Below, piece by piece: positions 49,945 through 60,398 of a stretch of 64,000 bases of DNA (its first letter is position 1; every line of letters begins with the position of its first letter). The notes under the pieces were generated by a model that saw nothing but the letters and a program-made list of their open reading frames with translations, had not been told where the DNA came from and searched no databases. The stretch is from Nitrosopumilaceae archaeon (GTDB lineage: Archaea > Thermoproteota > Nitrososphaeria > Nitrososphaerales > Nitrosopumilaceae), in the NCBI GenBank assembly GCA_965209085.1, contig OZ242376.1:256001-320000 (forward strand), written 5' to 3'. Made by a program: the position numbers and the translations under genes.

Positions 49945-51242
49945 TGTCCACAATCGCGCCAAAGTTCCGCCTGGGATATTTCATAAAGTCAATAACTGAC
50001 AATGCATTTTGGGTGCTCGTACTTGCCACGCTTGCCGGAATACCAATAATGCAGATTGCACTCTTTTACATAGACCTGCCGGTGGTGGACGGAAACCTGG
50101 TAAACCCGTTTCTTGCACTCACGCTTTTGGCACATCCGGAGTTTTCACTGCCGTTAATCAAATCCCTGCTGTACACTGACCTTTTCAGGGTGATTGCGTT
50201 TCCAGGCTTTGGATTTGCAGCATTGGTAGCAGCTGGAACAATATTTGTCGAGCGCAAAATGCTTGCAAAACTCCAGCTTCGTGTTGGACCATTTTACTGC
50301 GGTAAAGTGGAGGGAATTTTACAGCTAATGGCTGACGGTCTAAAGCTTGTCTCAAAAGAGATAATTATTCCGGCAAAGGCGGACAAACCGATATTTGTAG
50401 CAGCTCCGCTTCTTTTCATAGGAGCTGCAGCTGCATTTGTAGCGTTCATACCTGTAGCTCCTGGCTGGGTGGTAGCGGACGTTGACATGGGTTTGATTGC
50501 AATATTTGCAGTAATTGGATTTTTCCCGATAATCACAGTACTCTCTGCATGGTCCTCAAACAGCAAATATCCGTTCATCGGGGGAATTCGCGCGCTGTAC
50601 CAAATGGTCTCATTTGAGATTCCCCTGATACTCTCGTGTCTTGGCGTGGTAATCCTGACCGGCACGCTGAATCTCTCTGAAATCGTGGCGAGTCAGTCGT
50701 TTCTGCCGTGGATTATATTCATGCCCATAGGTGCTGTGGTCTTTTTCATATGCGCCTTGGCCGAGCTTGAACGCATCCCATTTGATCTGCCAGAAGCTGA
50801 GAGTGAGATTGTGGCCGGATGGCTTACGGAATTTTCCGGCATGATGTACGGACTAGTACAGCTTGGCTCTTACCTGAAACTTTATGCGTTTGCGGCTCTT
50901 TTTGTGGTTTTATTCCTTGGAGGATGGAATGGTCCGACATTCTGGCCCCCTCTTGATGCGCAGCTGATAAATGACGGAATAACAATGGGACCGATTAAAA
51001 CATCGCTGCCGGGCCTTCCGATATTCTCAATGGAGTTTTTCAGCGCCGTTGGATGGTTTGTACTAAAAACGATGGGAGTGATATTTTTCATCCTGTTACC
51101 AAGGGGCGTTTTTCCGCGCATCAGAATAGACATGCTGCTGCAGATAGGCTGGTACAAACTCATCGGAATGGCGTTTGTAAACATTTTTGTCGCACTCGCG
51201 CTCGTATATGCAGGCGTTTTAGGTCCTGGAGGTATAATCTAA
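49944..51242 (+). CDS. nuoH: NADH-quinone oxidoreductase subunit H
   Basis: ERK..A..Q.RVGP, RIPFDLPEAESE and PRIRID motifs. Confidence 0.95.
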   Translation: MSTIAPKFRLGYFIKSITDNAFWVLVLATLAGIPIMQIALFYIDLPVVDGNLVNPFLALTLLAHPEFSLPLIKSLLYTDLFRVIAFPGFGFAALVAAGTIFVERKMLAKLQLRVGPFYCGKVEGILQLMADGLKLVSKEIIIPAKADKPIFVAAPLLFIGAAAAFVAFIPVAPGWVVADVDMGLIAIFAVIGFFPIITVLSAWSSNSKYPFIGGIRALYQMVSFEIPLILSCLGVVILTGTLNLSEIVASQSFLPWIIFMPIGAVVFFICALAELERIPFDLPEAESEIVAGWLTEFSGMMYGLVQLGSYLKLYAFAALFVVLFLGGWNGPTFWPPLDAQLINDGITMGPIKTSLPGLPIFSMEFFSAVGWFVLKTMGVIFFILLPRGVFPRIRIDMLLQIGWYKLIGMAFVNIFVALALVYAGVLGPGGII

Positions 51243-51243
51243 A

Positions 51244-51741
51244 ATGGGTACTGCAACTGGAATCATCAGGGCGCTAAACTCCGGGGTAAAACATTTGGCG
51301 GTAAAAAGATTCACCCTCAAATATCCCGAAGAGAAACTAAAGTTTGTAGGTGACGGATACCAGTATGATCCGAGCACCGGGGTGGGAGTGGCCGGATTAA
51401 AGGGCCGCCACATACTCTTTCATGACCACTGTACGGGCTGCCAGCTTTGTGCAATAGCGTGCGAGGGTGTGGCAGAGGCTATTGCAATGGTAAAGGTTCC
51501 CGAAGACTGGAAACATAACAAAAAAGCGATAATGCCGCAGATAGATTATGGCAAATGCGTATTTTGCGGACTGTGCGTTGATGCGTGCCCGTTTTACGCC
51601 CTATACATGACAAACGATTACGAGCTATCCTCGTTTACAAAAGAGGGGCTGATTTACACGCCATCACAACTGCAGGTAAAACCGCACGTGGCGCAGGATT
51701 CCGAAATTATCATAGACGAGAGGGGCGCCACCCATGGCTGA
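51244..51741 (+). CDS. nuoI: NADH-quinone oxidoreductase subunit I
   Basis: Two CxxCxxCxxxC clusters. Confidence 0.94.
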   Translation: MGTATGIIRALNSGVKHLAVKRFTLKYPEEKLKFVGDGYQYDPSTGVGVAGLKGRHILFHDHCTGCQLCAIACEGVAEAIAMVKVPEDWKHNKKAIMPQIDYGKCVFCGLCVDACPFYALYMTNDYELSSFTKEGLIYTPSQLQVKPHVAQDSEIIIDERGATHG

Positions 51742-52246
51742 TGCGGTATTTTTGGCACTCTCTGTTCTTACCATCGGCTCTGCAATCGCAGCCTTGGAGA
51801 TGCGCTCGCTCATATACGGTTCAATAGCATTGATGGGAACCCTTGCCGGAATTGCCGGATTTTTCCTTTTACTTGATGCTCCATTTGTAGCGCTCTTTCA
51901 GATTGCCGTCTACGTAGGCTCCATTGCCGTACTGATACTCTTTACTGTAATGCTGGTGAAAAGGGAGCTTATTTTTACAAAAATCGAAGATCCGCGCAGA
52001 AGGTATGCGGGCATAGGGCTGATGCTTGTATTCATGATGGCAATCGGCGCAATCATCGTGGATTCTGGAATACGGCAAATTACAACAGATGAGCCGCCCG
52101 TGGACTTTACGTCCATTGGGGAGGACTTTTTGATTCATTATTGGCCGGCACTTATTGCAATGGCACTGATACTTTCTGCATCAGTAACTGCCGCGCTTGT
52201 CCTGGCAAGAAGGGAAGGGGAGATTCCAAATGAGCGAACTGATTGA
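51734..52246 (+). CDS. nuoJ: NADH-quinone oxidoreductase subunit J
   Basis: QIAVYVGSIAVLILF. Confidence 0.92.
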   Translation: MADAVFLALSVLTIGSAIAALEMRSLIYGSIALMGTLAGIAGFFLLLDAPFVALFQIAVYVGSIAVLILFTVMLVKRELIFTKIEDPRRRYAGIGLMLVFMMAIGAIIVDSGIRQITTDEPPVDFTSIGEDFLIHYWPALIAMALILSASVTAALVLARREGEIPNERTD

Positions 52247-52532
52247 CTTTTCACTCGTATCGGTGGCACTGCTTGCCATCGGAATATACGGCCTGGCCGT
52301 AAAACGCAACGCAATACGTATGCTCTTTTCAGTGGAGATTGTCATAAACGCGGCAAACCTCAATCTGGTGGCGTTTGCAAGATTTATTCCGAACAGCAGC
52401 GGGCAGACGTTGGCACTGTTTTCAATAGCCATAGCTGCTGCCGAAGTTGCCGTGGGACTCTCGCTGATAATCGTGGCATACCGCATATACAAAAACGTCG
52501 ACGTTGCAGAATTCCGGAGCCTGAAAGGTTAG
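52230..52532 (+). CDS. nuoK: NADH-quinone oxidoreductase subunit K
   Basis: SVEIVINAANL, AAAEVAVGL. Confidence 0.93.
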   Translation: MSELIDFSLVSVALLAIGIYGLAVKRNAIRMLFSVEIVINAANLNLVAFARFIPNSSGQTLALFSIAIAAAEVAVGLSLIIVAYRIYKNVDVAEFRSLKG

Positions 52533-52533
52533 A

Positions 52534-54090
52534 ATGGAATATGCCCTACTGCAGGCAGTATTTCTGCCCCTTTTATTGTCCCCCGTAGCATACATTTTGG
52601 GAAGAAAACTTGGCATCTTTGCTGCAACGTGGTTTACGTTCGGACTGTTACTTTACTGTACGGTGCTGGTAATTATCGCCTCGTTGCAGGGCGGATACGA
52701 GGAGCACTATCCGTGGACCCAAATGTTTGGAGAGTTTGGATTTGCACTTGACGGACTTGCCTCGCCGTTTGCAATTCTCATATATGTAATGAGTACCATA
52801 TTGGCTATATACTCAAAACCTTACATGACCCACAAGTTTCAGGAAAAATACGCCCAAATGTACGGCTCTAATTCAGGCAGCGGGGGAACAAATACAATTG
52901 TCACAGGATCCGATTCTGAGAGATTTGTAAATTCCCAGTCCGGAACATACTATGCGCTCTTTTTGGTATTTGCAATGGGAATGCTTGGAACAATCCTGGC
53001 TACAAACCTGATTGAATTTTACATATTTTTCGAGGTAATGCTCATACCTGGTTTCTTTTTGGTGGCATTTTGGGGCGATGGGGCGCGGCGCAAAATCTCG
53101 CTCATGTTTCTGTTTTGGACGCACGTGGGTGCAGTCGTACTCTTGTTGGGATTTCTGGCAATAGGATTCTCCATTGGCAGCTTTGATTATGCTGACATTG
53201 CAGAGGCTGAACTTACAGGAAATCTAATGCTGATTGCCGCAGTTGCGATAATCCTCGGCCTTGGGGTAAAACTTGCAGCATTCATGTTCCACGTATGGCT
53301 TCCGTGGGTTCACGGCGCGGCCCCGACGCCGATAAGCGCGCTTTTATCGCCGGTCATGATTGGAATCGGCGCGTACGGAATATTCCGTCTGGTGATAGAG
53401 TTTATGCCGATGCAGTATGATCAGCTTGCCATATGGCTGCACGTCTGGGGGCTTGTCACCATGATATACGGCGGTGCCATGGCACTGATGCAAGATGACA
53501 TAAAGCGGCTCTTTGCGTATTCGAGCATAAGCCAGATGGGCTATCTGCTGTTTGGCATCGGCTCGTATTCTGCAACCGGACTTGCAGGTGCTGAAATGAT
53601 GTATGTAACGCACGCCCTGGGAAAAGGACTGCTCTTTATGACGGCGGGAATTCTCATAGTAAATGTTGGAACGCGCAGCCTCTCAAAGCTGGGCGGACTT
53701 GCCGGCAAGATGCCGATAACTGCAGTATGTGCAGTAATTGGCGCCCTGACGATAATGGGCGTGCCACCAACCAGCGGATTTATGGGTGAATGGATTGTAT
53801 TTTACGGAGCACTGGAGACTGCAATTGATGAGGGCTCCACCCTCCGCATGGTGACATTCGGACTTGGCATGCTTGCCACGGCCCTTACAATGGCGTACAT
53901 GCTGTGGATGTTAAAGCGCGTCTTTTTTGGCAAACTGCCAGAGAATTTATCACACGTCAAAGATGGCAGCTGGTACATGCTCGCCCCGATGATGATTTTG
54001 GCCGGATTTACAATAGTGCTTGGAATTTATCCTGATATTTTCCTGGAAGGAATAACCGGATACATGAACGGCGTACTGGGAGGAGCCTAA
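52534..54090 (+). CDS. nuoM: NADH-quinone oxidoreductase subunit M
   Basis: FYIFFE, HVWLPWVHGAAP and YSSISQMG motifs. Confidence 0.92.
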   Translation: MEYALLQAVFLPLLLSPVAYILGRKLGIFAATWFTFGLLLYCTVLVIIASLQGGYEEHYPWTQMFGEFGFALDGLASPFAILIYVMSTILAIYSKPYMTHKFQEKYAQMYGSNSGSGGTNTIVTGSDSERFVNSQSGTYYALFLVFAMGMLGTILATNLIEFYIFFEVMLIPGFFLVAFWGDGARRKISLMFLFWTHVGAVVLLLGFLAIGFSIGSFDYADIAEAELTGNLMLIAAVAIILGLGVKLAAFMFHVWLPWVHGAAPTPISALLSPVMIGIGAYGIFRLVIEFMPMQYDQLAIWLHVWGLVTMIYGGAMALMQDDIKRLFAYSSISQMGYLLFGIGSYSATGLAGAEMMYVTHALGKGLLFMTAGILIVNVGTRSLSKLGGLAGKMPITAVCAVIGALTIMGVPPTSGFMGEWIVFYGALETAIDEGSTLRMVTFGLGMLATALTMAYMLWMLKRVFFGKLPENLSHVKDGSWYMLAPMMILAGFTIVLGIYPDIFLEGITGYMNGVLGGA

Positions 54091-54091
54091 A

Positions 54092-56155
54092 ATGGAATCA
54101 ATCTCATTTGGATTTGAAACACTTGCCCCGTGGCTTGTATGGATACTGCCGTTTGCAGCTGCACTGATTATTCCCGCAGTTGCCAAAGGATCCAAAAAAG
54201 CCATAGGATATACTGCGATCGCGTTTGCACTGATGAGCGCCCTCTCTGCGGCGTATCTTTTGCCAGGTGCGCTTGAATCCGGCGAAATACACCATCAGAT
54301 TGGATGGATTGACTCACTGGGTATCAAAGCCGGCGTGTTAGCTGACCCAATAGCTGTCATAATGGCAAACGTTGTCGCATGGATATCGTTCCTGATTATG
54401 ATATACAGCACAGGATACATGAAGGGCGAAAAGGATCTGACCCGATTTTGGTTTTGGATGCTGTTCTTTGTAGGATCCATGCAGCTGATCGTACTGTCTG
54501 ATAACCTCCTGCAGGTCTTCTTTGGATGGGAGGGCGTGGGGCTTGCCTCGTATGGACTGATTAGTTTCTGGTACAGGGACAAGGAAAAACATCACGTCGG
54601 AAGCTCCGATAGGTCAGTACTTGGCGTGCTGGATTACTATTCTCCCACACACGCGGGCATGAAGGCGTTCATCATGACAAAGGTTGGAGATATCATGATG
54701 CTTGCCGGAATGTTTTTGATATTTGCATTTGCCGGAACATTTGGATTCAAAGAGCTGCTAAATGATACGACATGGGCCACCTCGATGGCAGCACAGGGCC
54801 TGCTGGTACCTGCTGCCGTACTGCTGTTTGGAGGCGCGGTTGGAAAATCCGCCCAGTTTCCGCTAAACGAGTGGCTGATGGAAGCTATGACCGGACCTAC
54901 CGCAGTATCTGCACTCATACATGCTGCAACAATGGTTAAAGCGGGAGTCTTTTTGGTTGCCCGCATTGGTCCTTTATTTTTTGCACTAGGAGCTGCGGGA
55001 ATACTGGCCGACCAATTTTTCGAGGTTATCGCGTGGACCGGTGCGATTACCGCACTGTTACTTGCAACGCAGGGCATGGTGGCCAAGGAGATAAAAAAAG
55101 TGCTTGCATACTCTACCGGTTCACAGATTGGATACATGATGATGGCGCTTGGAATTGCCGGATTGTCGCACCAGTTTGTTGACGGATTTACCGCCGGATT
55201 CTACCACCTCATATCGCACGCAATATTCAAGGCCTCGCTGTTTATGGCTGCCGGCTCGCTGATACATGTAGTCGGCTCGAGATTTATGACCGACATGGGG
55301 GGATTGCGCAAACATATGAAAAAAACATACGTCTTCATGTGGGCTGCCGGTCTTGGACTGATGGGCGCCCCGTTCATTACAACGGGATTTTGGAGCAAGG
55401 ATGCCATATTTGCCGCCGTCTATGATTCCGGAAGCACATGGGCAGCTCCTATATTTGCAATCGCGGTTTTAACTGCGGTAATTACGGCATTTTACACTAC
55501 AAGAATGATAGGACTGGTATTCTTTGGACCAAAAAGCAAACATGCAGAAAAATTGGATGCAGAGCACCGTCTACATGAGGCACCGTTCTCAATGTGGGCC
55601 CCATATGGAATACTTGCCGTAATGACCATAGGGATAGGCCTAATCGGACTTTCAGTGGAAGGGGGGCTGCATAATCTCTTTGATGGATATCTCTCACATA
55701 CATTTGGCATACATTCGGATCATGTAGAAACGGCAGCATCCGTACTTCCCTCGTTCCTCTCGGGTCTAAATCCTGTGGCGCTTGGCGCCTCGCTTATTGC
55801 GTTTTCAGTTGGCATAGGGTTGGGATACGTGTTTTACATTGGACGGTTTGTGAGTGCTGAGAAATTTGTAAACAGTAACATTTTCTTCTACTCTATGCAC
55901 AAATTTTTCCTAAACAGGTGGTACATTAACGCCGGAATTTACTGGTGCTTTGTAATCGCCCCGCTGTGGCTTGCACGCGCAGTCTTTAGATACTTTGAAA
56001 AGACTGTCATAGATTACGGAATGAACATGGGAATGCAAAAAGCGGTAGGATGGAGCGCAAAGGTGGTCCAGGGTACTCAAACCGGGGTTGCCCAGTCGTA
56101 TCTGTTCGTATTTGGAGCGGGGATTTTATTTCTAGCCCTGATACTGCTAATGTAG
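54092..56155 (+). CDS. nuoL: NADH-quinone oxidoreductase subunit L
   Basis: GKSAQFPL..WL.EAMTGPTAVSALIHAATMV, GFWSKD. Confidence 0.95.
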   Translation: MESISFGFETLAPWLVWILPFAAALIIPAVAKGSKKAIGYTAIAFALMSALSAAYLLPGALESGEIHHQIGWIDSLGIKAGVLADPIAVIMANVVAWISFLIMIYSTGYMKGEKDLTRFWFWMLFFVGSMQLIVLSDNLLQVFFGWEGVGLASYGLISFWYRDKEKHHVGSSDRSVLGVLDYYSPTHAGMKAFIMTKVGDIMMLAGMFLIFAFAGTFGFKELLNDTTWATSMAAQGLLVPAAVLLFGGAVGKSAQFPLNEWLMEAMTGPTAVSALIHAATMVKAGVFLVARIGPLFFALGAAGILADQFFEVIAWTGAITALLLATQGMVAKEIKKVLAYSTGSQIGYMMMALGIAGLSHQFVDGFTAGFYHLISHAIFKASLFMAAGSLIHVVGSRFMTDMGGLRKHMKKTYVFMWAAGLGLMGAPFITTGFWSKDAIFAAVYDSGSTWAAPIFAIAVLTAVITAFYTTRMIGLVFFGPKSKHAEKLDAEHRLHEAPFSMWAPYGILAVMTIGIGLIGLSVEGGLHNLFDGYLSHTFGIHSDHVETAASVLPSFLSGLNPVALGASLIAFSVGIGLGYVFYIGRFVSAEKFVNSNIFFYSMHKFFLNRWYINAGIYWCFVIAPLWLARAVFRYFEKTVIDYGMNMGMQKAVGWSAKVVQGTQTGVAQSYLFVFGAGILFLALILLM

Positions 56156-56165
56156 GTGTGATGGT

Positions 56166-57644
56166 ATGATTGAACTCTTTTCAACCCCGATGGTACTAGT
56201 GGCAATTTTGGGAACGGTTGGCGTTTTACTCCCTGTGGTAAGCATTGCTAGAAAGGAGCGCGGCTCAAGCCCGTTTTATGGTCTAATCGCCCTTGGATCT
56301 CTTGGAGCGTCTATGGCGTTTATCGGATATAGGATCTTGACTGATTCCATACAGCCTGCCGCCCTCTTTTCCAAAGAAGTTTTATCAGATGATATGTTTG
56401 GGGCATTTTTTGCAATTGCCATGCTAATCGTTGCGGCAATGACCACCGTAGGATCATTCAACTATATGCGCAAACACGGACACCATGCCGTCTATTATTC
56501 GCTCATCCTCATGTCAGCTGTAGGAATGGTGCTTGTGGCATATTCTGCGGATCTTGTCATGCTCTTTGTAGCCTGGGAGCTTATGAGCATCCCAACGTAT
56601 GCACTAGTAGCATTTGCAAAACGCGACCCGTCTTCAAACGAAGCTGCCATAAAATATTTCCTGTTTGGAGCTTTAGCTTCGGCAATAATCGTATATGCAA
56701 TATCGTTGGCGTACGGAATTACCGGCTCTACAAACATTGGCGATGTTATACAGGGTTTTTCAAATTTGGATTCGGCAATGCTGCCGCTGGGTCTGCTCTC
56801 AGTGGCCCTGTTTATAGCCGGATTTGGATTCAAGATGGGGCTGGTGCCGTTTCACATGTGGCTTCCGGATACGTACGAGGGCGCACCTGCACCCGTTACA
56901 GCACTGCTTGCAGCCGGAACCAAAAAAGCCGGATTTGCAGCGGCATTGCGCGTAGTGGTTATGGGTGCAGTAGCTTTGAGCATAGACTGGACGCTGGCGC
57001 TTGGAATCATTGCCATAATGACGATGACTGTTGGAAACGTTGCAGCCATAATGCAGAAAAACCTCTCCCGCATGCTTGCATACTCTAGCATAGGACACGC
57101 AGGGTATATCCTGATAGGACTTGCAGTGGCGCCATACTCACCAACCGGTCTTAGCGGCTCGATGCTCCACATCATGAATCATGCGGTAATGAAGGGTGCA
57201 GCATTCATTGCAATCGCCGGAATAACTGTAGCTTTGGCCACAACCCAACTTGACAAAATAAAAGGTCTTGGACGGCGCATGCCGATTACCTCTATAGGAC
57301 TGCTTGTATCCTTGTTGGCGCTTGCCGGCGTGCCGCCCCTGAACGGATTTTGGTCAAAACTGATGCTCTTTGGCGGAGCAATTGATGCCGGCTCTGTTGC
57401 ACCATGGGCTCCGTGGCTTGCAATTGCCGGAGTTTTAAACAGCGCCCTCTCGCTTGCATATTACGGATGGATTATCCGTAAAATGTACTTTGAAGGGGAA
57501 AATGAAAAACGGATCTCTGAGCCAAAATCCATAATCGCCGTAATGATATTCTCGGTAATATTCATGGTCGGCTTTGGCGTGTATCCTGACCCGCTTATTC
57601 AGTTTGCACAGAGCGCAGCTCCTGTAATAGGCCTTATGCCTTGA
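56166..57644 (+). CDS. nuoN: NADH-quinone oxidoreductase subunit N
   Basis: EAAIKYF, FK...VPFHMWLPDTYEGAP and AYSSIGHAGY motifs. Confidence 0.94.
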   Translation: MIELFSTPMVLVAILGTVGVLLPVVSIARKERGSSPFYGLIALGSLGASMAFIGYRILTDSIQPAALFSKEVLSDDMFGAFFAIAMLIVAAMTTVGSFNYMRKHGHHAVYYSLILMSAVGMVLVAYSADLVMLFVAWELMSIPTYALVAFAKRDPSSNEAAIKYFLFGALASAIIVYAISLAYGITGSTNIGDVIQGFSNLDSAMLPLGLLSVALFIAGFGFKMGLVPFHMWLPDTYEGAPAPVTALLAAGTKKAGFAAALRVVVMGAVALSIDWTLALGIIAIMTMTVGNVAAIMQKNLSRMLAYSSIGHAGYILIGLAVAPYSPTGLSGSMLHIMNHAVMKGAAFIAIAGITVALATTQLDKIKGLGRRMPITSIGLLVSLLALAGVPPLNGFWSKLMLFGGAIDAGSVAPWAPWLAIAGVLNSALSLAYYGWIIRKMYFEGENEKRISEPKSIIAVMIFSVIFMVGFGVYPDPLIQFAQSAAPVIGLMP

Positions 57645-58491
57645 ACATTGTAAATTCCACGAGCGTTTCCAGCTTGAGTCTTGCATGAGATTCCGGCAGC
57701 TTTGATAAGGCAGTGCGAGCTTTGGACGAGTAATTTTTGAGCATCTCATCCATCTTGTCAAATACATCCCTTGGATCTTTTGATTTTTTTATCAAAATAT
57801 TGAATAATTTATCCTCGTTTTTCCAGTCCAAAAGATCGTCGCGTATCTGGTATGCAATGCCGATATTTTTTCCAAACGCAGTTAATGCTTTCACGTGCAT
57901 ATCAGAACCGCCGGAAATTGCAGCTCCAATCTTTGCGGCTGCCTCAAAGACTGCCGCAGTCTTGTATTCTATCACTTTGAGATAGTCATTAAATGTAACA
58001 TCGCATCCGTTCTCCAGTCTTCCCTCCATTGCCTCGCCTTCACTCATCTGCATGGCAGCTGTGGCAAGATCCTTTGTTATGCGCGGATTGTCAAGACGCG
58101 AGGCGATATTCAGTATGAGTCCGAGTACAAAATCGCCGCTAAGTATGCTCTTATTTTGGCCGTATTTTACATGAAATGGCTTGCGCAATCTCCGCTGTTT
58201 TTCATCGTCTATAATGTCATCGTGTATTACCGACTCTGTATGCAGAAATTCCACAGCACACGCTGCTGCATACACGTTTTCATCAGCGTCCCCCCCTCCT
58301 GCGCTTTCTGCGGCAAGGGCAAGTATTATGGGGCGGATTCTTTTGCCTCCTGCCACGGCGTATTTTAGCGGCTCTACGAATTCTGAGCCAGAGTACAGAT
58401 TTAATTCCGCCTCTAGAGCCATGTCTATACGCTCTATATGCACTCCATATGATTCTAAAAGGGGATTTGTCTTGATATTTTTTCTATCCAT
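57634..58491 (-). CDS. Polyprenyl diphosphate synthase (GGPP synthase-like)
   Basis: GGKRIRP, HDDIIDD...RR, KT and QIRDDLLD motifs. Confidence 0.92.
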   Translation of the reverse strand: MDRKNIKTNPLLESYGVHIERIDMALEAELNLYSGSEFVEPLKYAVAGGKRIRPIILALAAESAGGGDADENVYAAACAVEFLHTESVIHDDIIDDEKQRRLRKPFHVKYGQNKSILSGDFVLGLILNIASRLDNPRITKDLATAAMQMSEGEAMEGRLENGCDVTFNDYLKVIEYKTAAVFEAAAKIGAAISGGSDMHVKALTAFGKNIGIAYQIRDDLLDWKNEDKLFNILIKKSKDPRDVFDKMDEMLKNYSSKARTALSKLPESHARLKLETLVEFTMFKA

Positions 58492-58528
58492 TTGCTGATT
58501 TTAGTGCATAAAAATGCTAATTAAATCT

Positions 58529-58623
58529 TGGTGCTCCAGTCGGGATTTTCATCTTTTGGAGTTTGAACCCGAGATCACTGCCTTGAAAGGGCAGTATGCT
58601 TGACCGGTCTACACCACTGGAGC
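58529..58623 (-). tRNA. tRNA-Glu(TTC) with a 16-nt non-canonical intron at 59/60 (58546-58561), CCA encoded
   Basis: GCTCCAG...CTGCC-CTTTCAA-GGCAG...GGG-TTCA-AA^C-TC-CAAAA-GA-TGAA-AA^T-CCC, a bulge-helix-bulge motif. Confidence 0.92.
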
Positions 58624-58687
58624 CCGATCTTGGTCAGTATAGGCGCCCTTAAAAAGCAATTTGTAACAAAGATTTTTTTATCGGCTT

Positions 58688-59380
58688 TTGGAGAATGACT
58701 CTATGGACATATCATCTAAAATCGACGAACTGGTACGGGAGCACAGTCTGTTAAAACACCCGTTTTATCAGAGATGGTCTGATGGCAAACTAGAGATGCA
58801 ATCGCTTGCCGGATATTCAAAAGAATATTACCAGCTTGTAAAGGCAGTCCCTGAATTTATGAGCCCGCTTATAACAATGTCCCCTGTGAGCTCTAAAAAA
58901 GAGCTAGAGGAGAACCGTACGGAGGAATCCGAGCATATTGCGCTGTGGGAAAAATTTGCCGGCTCTTTGGGGATTGATTCTGGGCAGCTTTTGGCATACG
59001 GGGGCAGTGAAAAAACCCGCAGAGCCGTTTCTAGACTTGCCGCATTGATGGGTACGCTTGGGCAAGGCGCGGCTGCAATGTATGCGTTTGAAAAAGAAAT
59101 TCCTGAATTAAGCCGGATCAAACTGGAAGGACTGAAAGAATTTTACGGCATGGATTCAAAAGATGCGACAGATTATTTTAAACTGCACATAACAGCTGAC
59201 GTGCGACACGCCGCATCATGGAGAAACATTATAGACACATCTGATGAATCCGCAGATGATCTTTACAGTGCGGCAGTTAAATCCGTATGGGCGCAAAATC
59301 TTTTGCTTGACACGTGTTATGAGCAGTACTTCCATAATACTTTATATCATGACGACTGTCGGTTTGATCAGGGCCCGTAA
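58688..59380 (+). CDS. CADD/PqqC/TenA-like heme-oxygenase-fold diiron protein
   Basis: LLKHPFY..W, EE...H..LW..F, Y.FE..IP..S..K..GL..FYG and YF..H...D..H motifs. Confidence 0.85.
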   Translation: MENDSMDISSKIDELVREHSLLKHPFYQRWSDGKLEMQSLAGYSKEYYQLVKAVPEFMSPLITMSPVSSKKELEENRTEESEHIALWEKFAGSLGIDSGQLLAYGGSEKTRRAVSRLAALMGTLGQGAAAMYAFEKEIPELSRIKLEGLKEFYGMDSKDATDYFKLHITADVRHAASWRNIIDTSDESADDLYSAAVKSVWAQNLLLDTCYEQYFHNTLYHDDCRFDQGP

Positions 59381-59444
59381 CTCAGCTTGGTAGAGTAACC
59401 GACTCATAATCGGTGAGCCAAGGGATCGAAGCCCTTCGGGCCCA
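59371..59444 (+). tRNA. tRNA with CAT anticodon, probably tRNA-Ile2
   Basis: ACCGA-CTCATAA-TCGGT; GGGCCCG acceptor stem of archaeal Ile type, not the initiator A1-U72 type. Confidence 0.85.
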
Positions 59445-59589
59445 TCATTACATCTTGCAACGAAGAGAACACGTTTGTATCATGGAATCATTACTAGATG
59501 GTCATCATTTTGACTTTGAAATTATGATGATAAAAATCACATCACACATGAAATAAAAAAATGCACAATCTGCAAAAAATGTCTGATGA

Positions 59590-59887
59590 ATCTTTAATGG
59601 CCTTTACGAACCGTTCCTAAATTCATTCTTTACTATACATTCTGGTCATATGGTACAGATAATTGCCATTATCAATTATATAATCCAAATGTTCATCAGC
59701 ATGCTTTTTTTATCATCACTGCTCGGAGCCGTTTTTTTGTAGTGTTGATTCTCTGCTTTCATCTTTTTCCAGCCTGCGATCATCTCTGCCTGCATGGAGA
59801 TTTTATGCCTGTCTGGGGAATACATACTGTGAATATGATCCTTTATCCGTCAAAATTGCTTTTTTTGGTCAATTATGCACAACCTCT
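59590..59887 (-). pseudogene. IS5-like left-end fragment
   Basis: TIR ATTATGCACAACCTCT (59872-59887) followed by ATT; adjacent sequence matches the 5' region of copies 1-3. Confidence 0.7.
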
Positions 59888-59967
59888 ATTGACTAATACA
59901 TTCCAAATAATACATGAGCGCCGTTGCCGTATTTGCACTAGTATTGCTCTCCTCGTTGCCATTTGTA

Positions 59968-60034
59968 ATGGAGATCCCATGGTAAAAACGTCTTTGAAGA
60001 TGTGCTCAGTATCGTTTAATAGCTGACCTCATAC
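59968..60034 (+). mobile_element. IS66 right-end fragment
   Basis: Homologous to about 21095-21161, including TIR AGCTGACCTCATAC (60021-60034). Confidence 0.8.
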
Positions 60035-60398
60035 TAGAGCGCACTAGACCATCTATCTGCCGTACGCGGATGCATAATGCAGCGTACAATTCTATATGTG
60101 TGTGTGATAACATGCGAGAATAATTCGGACATTTATACGTGCTAGCAAATTAACGCCGCACCGTCGGCAAACTTGATTTTCCTGCATTTATCCATTGGTT
60201 TTTTATATCTCAAAAATAGAATCTTGTATGTTTTATCCTGACCGAATTGAACGTATTTTATTGATTTTATTAAAATGACCCTGTTTACTAGATTTTCGTG
60301 TCTATATCCACGAATTAAAAATTACTGTGGATTTTTGGTATCATTTATGAAGTCATCTGGGGCAATACTTGATATATGGCAACGTCCATATCGAATAC

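Noticed and set aside
47357-57644. Complex I lacking nuoEFG, with nuoM before nuoL
   Set aside because: This is the usual arrangement in Nitrososphaerota and is not novel.
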